The position numbers and the translations under genes were made by a program. From Prorocentrum cordatum (taxonomy: Eukaryota), in the NCBI GenBank assembly GCA_963575745.1, contig CAUYUJ010000059.1, forward strand, positions 620,001 to 671,256: 51,256 nt of DNA. Reading direction: 5' to 3'. Every line of letters begins with the position of its first letter. Position 1 is the stretch's first letter. Positions 11,150 through 23,239 of this stretch are shown here, one piece after another. Under the pieces are notes generated by a model. That model did no database searches. It was not told where the DNA came from and saw only the letters and a list, made by a program, of their open reading frames with translations.

Positions 11150-14100
11150 GGAAGGAGGAGCAAGAGGAGCGCGAGCACTCCGAGTTCAAGCCGCCTCGGA
11201 AAACCGAGGCCTCGCATAACATGGACGAGGACACGGATGGCGACGCATCCGACATAACACCGCGGTAGCAGGGCTGCATTTCTCGACCGCGGAGGCTCAG
11301 TCGCACATCGCCAAGCGCACCAGGGACAGCACCGTAGCCAGCCCATGCACAGCCTGGAGCTCAGCCGTTGAACACGGGCTCAGCAGGGGCGGGCACGGAC
11401 TCAGCCATGCCAGGACTCATCGCAGCCATCCAGAATTCCAAGCAGATGATGTTGAAACAGCTCAGTGACTTCACGGTGCCACTTTCAACCAGCAGATCCC
11501 GAGCACCCAGCGCACCCGCAGCGGCAAAGCCAAGAAGGAGCAGCCCGAGACCCCGGTGCAGCATGAGGCAGCCAGAGGCAGATTAGCATCAGCTTTGGCA
11601 GCGGGATCCTAGGGTAGCGGAGCTGGATCCAAGTCGCCGAGACGCCCCAGTGCCCAGGCGCCTTCCAAGCAGGTCAGGATTGGAGAGGGCACAGCAGTCG
11701 ACGCACAACGTGAGCGCGCTGATGACACTCCAGCTGGAAATGACGACGAGGATGGCACGCGCTCGCATCACCAGAACAGGCACCAGCCAGCGGCAGTGAG
11801 AATGTCATTCCGCGTTCTCGCGACGCACTTTGTGTGAGATGCGGCCAGTTGTCCAGCATCAACATATTTGCTCGAGCTCGCCGAGGTCCACTCTGTCTCT
11901 CCCCCTCCCTGGTTGTCTGGTTACCCACCACCGTCTCCTGCGGATAATAACGGACAGGAACATACGAATGAGCTCGAGGAGCATGATCCTCAGATCTCCA
12001 GGGGGGGGTCACTCGCCGATCCCCCCTCTCCAACTCTCCAGGGACCTCCTCAAGCGGGCCCAGTATTGGTATTCAGCTACGCTTCAGACACTGCCGGGCC
12101 TTACTACGCACGATCCCGGCGCCAGCCACGACCGCTTGAAAATCTACAACGATGCGACGCCAAGAGGTTTCAAGCATCAGGAACAGGAATGCGCACCAGC
12201 ATGGGCTTTGTGCGCTAGCGATATCCGCCAAAGCTGTCATTTTCCTCTGACACATGGCGGGCCCCCTTGACGGCTGGTCTGCGTCGGACCCGCTGGCCCC
12301 ACTCAGAGCGGGGATAGAAACAGCAATATGGGGGGCGCCATGGCCAGTGCAAACCCCAGCTTTCCGCACGACGCCCGTCAGACGTTTCACGGACAACATG
12401 GATGCGTTGCGCATCTCGCGGGGGGAGATACGTGCACGGATCGTTCAAGTCTGCTAAACTGTTCCTGGACTGTATTGTGCAATGTCTGCGCATGTGCGCG
12501 TGGTCTCCTTCCAAAATGCAAATGGTCATGTGGCACACCCTTGGAGCGAATGTGCAGGTACGGTCGCCAGGTTATACGCCATGCGGAGTTTGCAAATGTT
12601 GAGGGGAACAAGATGGCGGAAGTTGGTTGACCTAGCGAGCGATGCAGCAGCGATGCCATGGCTATGGATAGCACACGCTCAGGAGGATGCAAGACCACCT
12701 TGCCCCCTCAGGCTCCCCAAGTTGGCATTCGTGAAATCCTCCCTGGGCCCAAAGCTACCATTGCGATCCCGACGGTTGGAACACTCAGGGGATGAGTTAC
12801 GATTGCAAATACGTTTGCCATAGCTCCCAAGGGTTTCCAGGCGCACCAGAAGGAACTCCGACTTGCTGGCCTCGACATCACGGGTGCGATGATGCAACTA
12901 TCCTGAGAAATTGCCTTGAAACCCTACACAATGATGGGCACGGTGCAAACTCGACTCCGACGCACAGGCACCAGTCACATAGGCCTGTTCTTTGTGCTAC
13001 ATGCACGTCTGGGTCCCGCCATCTGGGGGAGGGGCGCTCGCTCTGAGTCAGCATGGAATCTGAATGCCAACGGGGGGCCAGGCCGTCTCCCAACCACTGC
13101 TAGGAGCTAGATGCTGCGCCTAAGATCCTGACGGCGGCAATCAAGGCCTGGCGCTCAGTCTCCGCGCGCGGCACACGCGCCACATTCTCGCGGGGCGCCG
13201 ACAGAGATCACCAAGTGATGGGAGGATCCCACAACCCGGTCTGCCAGGCACAGGACAAGCAGAGCACCTCACCAATTTGATTGGCGCCAGCGCTGCAGCA
13301 GGCTTGATCGCAGATGAGAGAGCGGGCAGCACGCGGCCCCGCATGCACGTCAAGCAGGAGAACTTGCCCAGGAAGCATGTCAGGCGCTTCCTCCAGGGTA
13401 CCAAGCACTGGGCCTCCCCAAGCTTGCACGCGGACCCACTGGGCTCGGCGGGTACTTGGGCGGCTCATGAGGCTCCACAGAAGACCAGACGAAGGGGCGG
13501 TTTCACGACCTGGGGTGGGTCACGACATCGACCTCGCGGTGTCACAACAAGATCACCATGCGGTTTCACCGCGCGTGGTTTTCGCCAGGTCTTCCCTGGC
13601 ACCAGAACCCCTCAGGCCTTACTGGATCCCACCCGACACGGCTCTCTACCAGGATCCCACAGCAGCGCAGCTATGCAACCACCTGCTGACGCAGTTCCGA
13701 CCCCTGGACTAAACAGTACATGCTACCGACCACACATGGGAAGGTGGTCAACACATACGAGATGCGTTTGCTACGGCTTCCCCACCCAGGACCACGCCTA
13801 CGAGACGGCAGCCTGGACGAAACTCGATCAGCTACAGGACGCTTGCCTTGCAAGAGAAAGGTCGCTGCACTTGCGACTGCAAACGCATGCTCTTATGAAA
13901 TTACGGGAAGCCAGGACCCAGATTCTTCAGGTATGGCAATGGTTAGGAGCAACGCCAGCACGCCGCAGCTCTGATTACTTGAATTTCGCCGCTTCCGCTC
14001 AGCATGGCAACGTGCTGATCAGATTGCAGTGGAGCGTTGCTGAGTTATCTCCGCCAGCTGATAGAATACCGCTGGCGACGGCAGCACCACTAAGGCAACA

Positions 14101-17100
14101 GGCGCAACTCCGACGCCAGCTAAGGACCAGGCATCGAGTATAACACCCTATGATGTTGGCGAGGCGAAAGGGACATGGACACGCGCGCGACCACCGTGAC
14201 CCCGCTCAAGTCGCTTCTCACATTGGGCCCAGAAGGCGCCCACGGGGACCACCTACGACACCTCTGGGATTTTGCCCAGGGCACGATTGCTTGCCCCTTG
14301 CCTACGGGGACCCCATCCTACATCACACCGCCCCGCTCATACGACAGGGGGCGGCAGATGACGCTGCCCGCGCGGAGGGATTGGCACGGGAGTTAAGCTG
14401 CGCTTGGTCACGACACCCTTTCGACGTCGCATTCCAGAAAGTCAGGGCCATGAGAATGGGACCACACGAAAGGGTCGCAGTGAAGAGCTCAACCGGCAGC
14501 GGAGCTGGGAGACGGATCCACGGTTGCAGACAGATGGTTGCGCCAGTTTGCCGAAGAGGTTGCAGGAGCAGATGTTCCGTTGCAAAACACAGTGGCTTCA
14601 GAGCACACCATGACCAATGCCAGACACTCTTGCCACCGATATCCCCGCGGATGATTTGTTTTGCCACAGATTGCAGAATTCCAACGCGCATGTCTCGCCG
14701 TCAAGGCCTCTGATGCGAGCCTGGATGGAGCACCAGGCGCGCCCCTCGGACGTTTTGGACCGACCACTGCAGCACGCCATTCCCCAGCGGCGAAGAAGTC
14801 AGTTCTGAGATTGGAGGAACCGCTGCAATGGAAAGGGGGATTCCTAGACATCTGGAAGCGCAAAGACACTCCATCCAAACGCAAAAGCCACAGACCGGTC
14901 ATGATTCCATCTTAAGTAGTAAAGACACATGCTCAGAGCCGCCCGAGCCACAGCACCCCCACTCGAAGCAGGCGGCTCGCTGCGCGGAGGGATCGCGGGC
15001 AGAGGGGTCCGTCTGGCAGCACTTGCGCCACGATGTTTTCAGAAACTCGCATAGGTCTCTAAGACGCTGGCACTGCTCATGATGATCGACGCTATCTCAG
15101 GCTTCTACCGCGCAGTGAGGGAGCTAGTGTTTCAACGAGGTACCAGCGACGCTGCTCTCCAACAAACCCTACGCACTGCAGGACCTTTGGAGGCCAGCAC
15201 ATTAATTACTCTACGTCCTACACTGGTGGAGTTTACAGGGTTTCATGAAGCACGCGCGCTTGTGGCAGACAGCTATAAACGATCTTGGTCCTGGCACCCA
15301 GGAGCCTCAGCTGTTGCCATTACTCTTCCAGGGGCCGCTCCTGGACAGCAGCTTGGAGATACGGTTTTCGACGCACGCGCCCAGGGAGCCCAAGAGGGTT
15401 CCCAGAAGATGGAGCTGGATATCTGAGTTTCCGTCAGCATCCACGCCAGCCTCGCTGAAATGCTCCAAGAAAACTTGATCGCATGCTAGGGGGACTAGAC
15501 ATATGAAGATTTGATGACGGGGCCAATGCACCGCTAGGAGAAGCCAACACGCCGTTGCACGCAGCGCCCTGCCTTGCCGAGGTGGCAGCACCCATCTTCG
15601 CGCGACGAGGGCTTCGAGCCATTTTTGCTGCGGGAACGACGGAAGCCTTGTTTCAATTGCGAAGGCCACGGTCTCGCAAAGCCGAGCACCGACTACGGCA
15701 CGACATGGAGGGGCAGTTTCTCATTGACGCCCTCTGGCTGCTTCGCTTCACATTACGGGCTATCCGCCGATAACCGCACTCGGGCACTGACCTGGTCGAG
15801 ATGGGCCCCATCGGCCCAGGGCTGGGCCCGCCGGGACCCGCCGGCGCGAATATCAGGGCAACAGTTGCCGCGACATACATCAGAACAGCAGCCATGACAG
15901 CACGCACATCAAGACAACGCCATACATCAGGACGTCAGTTACCCAAAGGCGGCAGTTCTGCACCAAGCAGATACTCTCATATCCCCAGTCAACAAGTATC
16001 GTAAGTTGAAACAGCTACAGTGGACGCTCTGGCGATGGCACGCGCGCAGCGCACAGGTATCACCACCGCACTACGCACACACCAATTGCGATTGTTGAGT
16101 GAGATTGTACATCATGGCACACCTACGCTGCGCAGTTGAACGGCACACGCGCCGCACGCAGCTATAGCACGACGAGGAAGACAGTGGATGCAATCAGTTG
16201 TTGAAGACTGGGACTGGCTAGGACAAACGCGGCATGCCCGTAGACTGCATCCAGAACCACGCGAGGATTTCGCAGCGTGGGAGCAACACATTTTGCGTCC
16301 ATTCACGGCTTGGCGACGCGCTCTCAGCCAAGCTATGGCAACGGAGGCGATTGCCAAAAGCAGGCCATGGCCACGAGCGCACAGGCACTCGCCAAACATG
16401 GCGCCGTCAATTGTTTCGACCAAGTCCAGCCAGCGGGGCCCCGCGCCCTCTTACAGACCCAGGGCGCCCGCTCTTTCCAACTACAGCTCTCACCCCCAAC
16501 CTACACTGCAGGTGGCGCTCATGCCTGGGAGGGGTGACTAAGGGCATGCGACAGCACATCATGCGCACACGCTACAGCAAGGCACCCATGGCTTCCAGGA
16601 TCACGGGGCAGGGCTGCGACGCGCATGCCACGCTCAGTACATTTTGCCACCCGCCGCCTGCAAAGGGATCACTTAGCCACATGCGCCCCACAGCGCTGCT
16701 TTGCCTACTTTCTACACGACGCCGCCCCCAGCCCAGAGCGCGCCAGGGAACTCCGATAGCAGGAGATCACGGATATCGCCAAGCAGCAGCAGGCAGGCCC
16801 AGGCAGATGGTGAGCGGCATGCCCGGCGAGAGCACAGTGCCCAGCGGGCGGCTCGCACATGGCAGCCACCTCAGTGCCGGCTTTTCCTTCTGATGAAGAA
16901 GCTCGGGAAATATGTCGGACTCTCGGGATTTGCATACTACGAGCTCGACCCTCAGGCCTTATTCCAGGATCACGTTCTCTTCCACCTACCCGACCCTCCG
17001 ACGCCTGAGCCGCCGCTCGTCGCCGACCCGTTTTGGAAGTATCGGGGCCAGGACACCGCGGGCCACGCGCCCACCAAGGCGCCGCGCAGGACGCATGGGA

Positions 17101-17194
17101 GAGAAACGTTTGCCCTGAAGTCATTCTCAGGACGGAGGACGGAGAGGGGCCTCCAGATTTGGATAGAGCAGGGGCACTACACCAGCGCACATTA

Positions 17195-17195
<1 letters not shown>
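11150..17195 (+). mobile_element. Decayed ~6 kb non-LTR retrotransposon (RNase H - endonuclease - RT - Cys/His region - truncated DNMT-like start)
   Basis: RH: LKIYNDA 12136-12156, IETAIWGAPW ~12314-12343, FTDNMDA 12386-12406. EN end: DHHAV 13551-13565. RT: QWKGG 14826-14840, IDAISGFY..VRELV ~15085-15129, GAAPGQQLGD 15331-15360, TYEDL 15499-15513, GTTEALFQLR ~15632-15661. Tail: FSGRR...LQIWIE 17124-17168. Many stops and frameshifts; 5' boundary approximate. Confidence 0.85.

Positions 17196-17196
<1 letters not shown>

Positions 17197-17230
<34 letters not shown>
17197..17230. repeat. (TA)n microsatellite at the truncation point of the LINE
   Basis: Directly visible. Confidence 0.95.
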
Positions 17231-17232
<2 letters not shown>

Positions 17233-17379
17233 GGCGCGCGCGGATCTCGCGATAGATAGTTACCCGGGAGGCTTTGCCAAAAGGAGCACAATCAACGCGT
17301 CGGGGGGGGGGCGCACGCTGGCACGGCGGGCTCGAGGCGCGGGGGAGGGGGAGGGGGGGGCGCCGCGCGAAAAATCCGC

Positions 17380-17559
17380 ATCGCGCATCCGACCCCCACC
17401 CCCACCCCCATCGCCTTCGAGGCCCCCACCAAATTACCACCCCAGTTGGGGGCATACCCCTCGAGACCCGAAGGGAACGATCTATATCCCCATCTAGGGG
17501 GGTAAATCGGCCAGCGGGGCCCAGGCCACGCCGCTGGGGATGGGGATCGGATAAACGAT
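17380..17559. mobile_element. Palindromic MITE-like repeat; left arm recurs at ~37895-37975
   Basis: atcgcgcatccgacccccacccc pairs with ggggatggggatcggataaacgat; attaccaccccagttgggg pairs with ccccatctaggggggtaaat. Confidence 0.6.
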
Positions 17560-18320
17560 ATTCAAAAAATGACGAGCTGCAAGTTGGCTGGAAGCCCCCC
17601 CCCCGCCCATTTGCGCACCAACGACTGGCTCTGCGGGGGCTCTTGGGGCCCCCCGTGCGCCGGGCAGGCAATCCCGAAGCTGGAAGTTGGAAACTTGCTG
17701 CCGTGGAATACGACGCACCGACTAGGATGCCATCTCGTCGCGAGGACATGCGCCTGGACGAAGCATCCCCCGCCAGCTCACTGGAGACCGCAAGAGACGA
17801 GCAGCCCCTATCGGGAGCAACTTGAGCCATCAGGTCCAGCCCCATATGCGTCAGACGACTTCGACAACCGCGCGCACCGCGATTCAGCACCAAAGCAGAT
17901 TAGACGTGCACCGACCAGGCTCAGAGACGCGCGCATGCCGACTCTGCCCGAGAGGCTCACCAGCGCAAAAAGGAGGGGCCATTGTGACCACCCCCAAGGC
18001 CCCCACAATGTCCTCAAGGGCGACGACACCAAAGCGATTTTCCGAACCACCGACGGGAATATCTATCCGCCCAAGATGCGCACGCACACCATAGCCACCA
18101 TTACCGACTCCATCCGAGACACTTTCGAAGAGGTAAGCGACGCACACCATTGCGATGATGACAGCCCCACTCTTGCGAAGGACTCGCGGGCTTTCCACAT
18201 CAAGGGCTGCGATCAGGAGTTCTTTGTCTGCGCCAGGTTCTGCAGCCACACGAGACAATTAGCCTGGCGAAAGACCCAACCATATGCAGTTGTGAGTAAC
18301 ACAACTGTGAGTATCGTCTC

Positions 18321-20200
18321 CAGTGGACCTCCATATGTGGTCACGGAACGCGCGAGGTATGTACCGAAGTTGGCGCGGTGGGCCCATGCGAACGCGTGTG
18401 AGGGGTGTGCTGGAATCGGTGCAGTAGCGCCATGCGGGCACAGCCACTGGGGCTTTCGGTGGAACTCCTTGTGGGGCCATGAAGAGTGTGAGTGTGTGTG
18501 TGCGTGCGTGTGTGCGCGTGTGCGTGCGTGCGCGTGTGCGTGCGCGTGCGTGTGTGCGTGTGTGTGTGTGTGTGTGTGCGTGTGTGCGTGTGTGCGTGTG
18601 CGTGCGCGTGCGCGCGTGCGTGCGCGTGCGGTTGCGCGTGTGCGCACGCGTGTGTGCGTGTGTGCGTGCGCGTGTGTGCGTGTGTGCGTGCGTGCGTGCG
18701 TGTGTGTGTGGGTGTGCGTGTGTGTGTGTGCGTGTGTGTGTGCGTGTGTGTTGTGTGTGTTGTGTATGCTGTGTGTGGGTGTGGGTGTGTGTGTTTGTAT
18801 GCGTGTTGGATGTGTGATGTGTGTGCTGTGTGTTGTGTTGTGTGTGTGCGTGTGTGCGTGTGTGTGCGTGTACGTGCGTGTGTGTGTGTGCGCGTGTGTT
18901 TGTGTGTGGTTGCGTGTGTGCGTGCGTGTGCGCGCGTGTGTGTGTGTCGTGTGTGTGCCTGTATGTGCGTGTGCGTGCGTGCGTGTGTGTGTGTGTGCGT
19001 GCGTGGTTGCGTGTGTGTGTGTGCGTGTGTGTGTGCGTGTGTTCGTGTGCGTGTGAGTGTGTGCGCGCGTGCGTTGCGTGTGCGTGTGCGCGTGCGCGTG
19101 CGCGTGCGCGTTTGCGCGTGTGCCCGCGTGCGCGTGCGTTGCGTGTGTTTGTGTGTGCGGGTGTGGGGTGGGGTGGTGGGTGGCGGGTGGGTGGGTGCGG
19201 CGGGTGCGGGCGCGGGCGCGGGCGGGGGGCGGGCGCGGCGCGGGCGCGGGTGCGGGCGCGGGTGCGGGTGTGGATGTGGGTGTGGGTGTGGGTGTGGGTG
19301 TGGGTGCGTGGGTGCGTGGGTGCGTGGGTGTGTGGGTGTGTGCGTGTGTGTGCGTGTGTGTGCTTGTGTGCGTGTGTGCGTGTGTGCGCGTGTGCGTCTG
19401 TGCGTGTGCGTGCGCGCTTGTGTGCGTGTGTGCGTGTGTGCGTGTGTGCGCGTGTGTGCGTGTGCGTCTGCGTTTGCGTGTTCGCGTGCGTGTGCGCGTG
19501 CGTGTGCGTGTGCGTGTGCGTGTGCGTGTTTTCGTGTGCGAGTGCGTGCGCGTGCGGGTGCGCGTGCGCGCGCGCGTGCGCGTGCGCGTGCGCGTGCGCG
19601 TGCGCGTGCGCGTGCGTGCGTGCGCGCGTGTGTGTGTGTGTGTGTGTTTGTGTGTGTGTTTGTGTGTGCTTGTGTGTGTTTGTGTGTGCTTGTGTGTGTT
19701 CGTGTGTGATTGTGTGTGTTTGTTTGTTTGTGTGTGTGTGCATGCGTGCGTGCGTGCGTGTGTGTGTGTGCGTGTGCGTGTGTGTGTGTGTGTGTGCGTG
19801 TGCGTGCGTGTCTGTGAGAAAGAAGGCGTGCTGATATGGGCGCGGTGGTGCCATGCGAAAGCAGCCATTGGGGCCTTCGGTGGAACTCCTTTCGGGGCCA
19901 CGAAACGTGTGAACGGCGTGCCGAAGTGGGCGCGGTGGTGCCATGCGAGCGCAGCCACTGGGGCCCTCAGTGGAGCTCCGTTTGGGGCCACGACACATTT
20001 AAGGGATGTGCCGACATGGGCGCGGTGGTGCCATGCTAGCGCAGCCATTGGGGCGTTTGGTGGAGCTCCACGTGGGGGCACAAAACGCGCGAGGGTTGTG
20101 CCGAAGTGGGCGCGGTGGTGCCATGTGAGCGCAGCCATTGGGACCCTCGGTGGAGCTCCCTACGGGGCCACGACACCTGTGAGGGGTGTGCCGAAATGGT
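18321..20200. repeat. 90-bp tandem repeat array interrupted by a 1.3 kb GT tract
   Basis: Unit starts at 19831, 19921, 20011, 20101 and 20191 (ccgaagtgggcgcggtggtgccatgcgagcgcagcca.tgggg...ggtggagctcc...ggggccacga). More diverged units at 18321-18490. Confidence 0.9.
18487..19815. repeat. (GT/GC)n alternating purine-pyrimidine tract with G-rich core
   Basis: About 1.3 kb of GTGT/GCGT; G-rich patch at ~19160-19340. Confidence 0.95.
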
Positions 20201-20289
20201 TAACTGGTGCGGAAGGCAGAGGCGCGGATAGGAGGAACAAGGAGGGGGAGGAGGAAGGAGGAGAGGAGAGGAGGATACGCGGGGCGCTG

Positions 20290-20321
20290 TTTTATATATA
20301 TATAATATTTTTTTTTAAATA

Positions 20322-20380
<59 letters not shown>
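20290..20380. repeat. (TA)n, T-run and 57-nt poly(A)
   Basis: A-run spans 20324-20380. Confidence 0.95.
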
Positions 20381-20381
<1 letters not shown>

Positions 20382-21254
20382 GAGGACCCAACACAGGATG
20401 GTTGGTAAAAAACAAACAAACAAACAAACATGTTGACCACAAGGATGCACAGACTTGCCTAGGACGCAGACTCATAGGCGCCGAATGACAGTGGAGATGC
20501 TTTGCAGCGTGATCCGACTCCCGCTCCCGCTCCAGATCCGGCTTCAGATCCTGAGGGTTCCCCTTCTAAGACTACCCCAAAGGATTTAAGTGAGTTTGCT
20601 GACGTCGAAACCCTTTTGGGCCTCCAGTCCCTCCCCTCTCTTTCCCCCCATTCCCCCTCCCCCCTGCCCCGTCCCCCCTCTCCAGCGAGCAGCTCGAAAG
20701 TGTTGCTGCCAACCGCAGGGGGGGCCAGGCGCCAGAGGAAGGCCGAGCGCGCCGCCGAACAGCAGCGGCGCGCCCCGTGGCACGGCACCATTTTTTTCGC
20801 CGCGGTTTTCGGCCCCCCCCGCAGGTCGGCCCCTCGTCTCTTTCGCCTGCCTCTCTTGGGCAGCAGAGGCAAGCATCTACAGAGCACAGTGCTCGCGCCC
20901 ATGCTACCGCCCCACACATACACCACCTCCCTGCCTCCCTCCCTCCATTTTCTTCTCCTCCATCCTCCCCCCTTCCGCCTCGCCCTCCTCCCCCTACATT
21001 TCCCTGCAGCATTCCCCCATGCTGTCTCCACGTCCCCTCCTCCTGCCCCTGCTGGTCCATGCCCCTCCTTTTCCTGTTCCTCGAGATCTTCCTCATGGCG
21101 TCCTCTGGCCTACGCTTCGTATTTCTAGAGCTGTTCTGTTTGAGGGGCTCCTACCCGGTTTGCATCAATGTCCATTGGGCGCGGGGTCCTTCCGAGGCGA
21201 CCCCCGGCGTTTCTCGGGGTTGCTCGGGGCGTGGAGCCTTCCGTAGAAGAGCGG

Positions 21255-21830
21255 CGTCACGCAATGCCAGCCAATGCCCAGCGAGGACGAGCAATGCCAA
21301 ACAATGCCTGATAACGTCAAGACGTCAAGCAATGAAAAGCATACGTTCCAGACATTGCAAAGCCAATGCCAGGCAACGCCAAACACCGTAACGCAACGCA
21401 ATACGAAGCAATCCCGCACAACGGCCCCAAGCAATGCCAAGCAATGCCAGTCACGGCCCAGCAACGACATGTAAAGCTAAGCAATGCCCAACAATGCCAA
21501 GCAGCGCCAAGCACTGCCGGTCAGCAAACCCGCAATTCAAAGCAATGCCAGCTAACGCCAAACAATGCGAGGCAATGAGGCCACGCAACACAAAGCAACG
21601 CCAAAGAATGCCAACCAAAGTCAAACAACGCAAAGCAACGTCAAAGAATGTAAAGCAACGATTCCTTGCAATCCCACGTAACGTCACGCAATGTCAAGCA
21701 ACGAGGCCAAGCAATTTGAAACAACGCAAATACATGTCAAAGCAACAGAAAGCAACAATTGCAAAAAATGCCGCGCAACGCCGAAGAATGCTTTGCATTG
21801 CAATGCTTTGCAATTGTTGAGAATTGCTCT
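21255..21830. repeat. Degenerate (GCAAT/GCCAA)n pentamer-based satellite
   Basis: Recurrent gcaatgccaa/gcaacgc. Related tracts at 35310-35475 and, inverted, within 46740-47780. Confidence 0.8.
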
Positions 21831-22756
21831 GAACGTCTGTGCAAAAGAAAGACGCAAACATGGGGTCTGGCCAGATTCATGTCCACACGGAAAAGTATGT
21901 CGCGCGCGTTGTTTATCCAGGAAGTGTTTGAAGAAAGAATGAGTTCGTGCGTAAGTGCACATTTTAGACATCTAATTATTTTCCATGTACATATCGGAAT
22001 GCACGGATTTTCCGTATTAGAGGACATACGTAGATACAAGTGTTACGTAGATACAAGTGTATACACTTACATGTGAAAGCACCTACGCTTGCATACATGA
22101 GGGGGCTTCTTGACTCAGATACTCAGTCACTTCAATATTGGCACCAGAGCAGTAATCACAATGATAATGCGTTGGCCTCTATATTGTTCAACATATCACT
22201 TTAAAGTGATGTGTTTTCCTGCCCCAGGAGTGCTCTCCTGGGCAGCGGCAGCCGCTGCGACTCTCCGTCTGCTCGAACAGGGGAGTCCAGCAATGGCGTC
22301 AGCTGGGGAAGAAGTGAGGATTGTAGTGAGGGAGGTGCAGGCAGAAGGCTGAGGCAAGAATCAGAGAGCTCGCTGACGGTGGCAGCGCAAGCACCACTCT
22401 AGAAGATCGTGATGTGATGTTTGTTTGTACGGCTACACGTTTACCAAGTCGGTGTAGAAATGCTGCTATGGAAGAGCAGACATGTTGCTATGGAAGAGCG
22501 CTGTTCTGGGCGTCGCGACCCTCCCCCTCCCCCCCCCGGCAAGGGGCGAAGAAGGAAGGGGTACTAAATTGTCCCCCCTCATTTTCCCCCTTCCCGCAGT
22601 GCAGGGGGCGGAGAAGGGGTAGTCGCACCCCCGTCCCCAGTAGCACTGGCAAACGACGACGACGACGACGACGACGACGCTCGGCGCGTCGTCTTCGTCG
22701 CTTGCTGGCGCGGAAAGGAGAGGCCGCCTCTCGCGCGGGCCAATCCGTGCGCCCAG

Positions 22757-22815
22757 GTATTCGCCGGAGCAGGTCGCCGTCGATGTCCCTCCGCGGATAG
22801 GCGCCGAGTTCAGAG
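22757..22815 (+). CDS. VAMP7: VAMP7-like R-SNARE exon (longin-SNARE linker)
   Basis: CAG acceptor, GC donor 22816-22817. Reads (R)YSPEQVAVDVPPRIGAEFR(G), filling the expected Y...EF segment. Phases 2/1 join both neighbours without frameshift. Confidence 0.75.
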
Positions 22816-23239
22816 GCCGCGGGGCCTCTTGGGAGGAAGTAGCCCGGAGACGACGATAGGGGCAAGTAGCCCGGGGGCGGGCAGTAAGCTTATCCGTCCA
22901 GGGAGCTCGGCCGAAGACATGGGCCATCTGTGCCTTCGGGAACATGCACTGCTCCCCTCTGGGCCAGTCGCATGTATTGCTCCCCTCTGGGCTAGTCGCC
23001 ACCATCGTCGTCTCGAGGGACGGCCAGTCGAGAGAAGAGCGGCCATCCCTGGCGTTTTTCGTCCTCTTAGGCCCTTCTGAAGGCTTCTCGGTTTTCGTCG
23101 CCACGGCTGGATCCGTCTCGAAAAGCGTTTGGTTCGGAGCCCAGGAGTGGTCCGGGGACCGACCTTGAGCTGGTTTGGCCAGGGCGGGGCCTTCCTCTGA
23201 ATTCCTGGGCGGCGAAGGGGGGGGTATCCGGCTTTGGGG

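Noticed and set aside
12557..12620. CAG|G TAC GGT as the missing VAMP7 'RYG' exon
   Set aside because: Lies inside the LINE RNase H region and lacks the downstream EF motif and a phase-compatible donor; 22757-22815 fits better.
19831..20200. CRISPR-like regular repeats (also 2363-2783 and 41370-42120)
   Set aside because: Whole units repeat with no unique spacers, no cas genes are present, and the context is eukaryotic.
17569..20322. 400-640 aa ORFs rich in CV/HT/RA
   Set aside because: Translations of the (GT)n tract and the 90-bp satellite, open in several frames on both strands.
20321..20380. AATAAA plus poly(A) as the end of a processed retrogene
   Set aside because: AATAAA is contiguous with the A-run, no upstream CDS or TSD is visible, and the upstream sequence is satellite.
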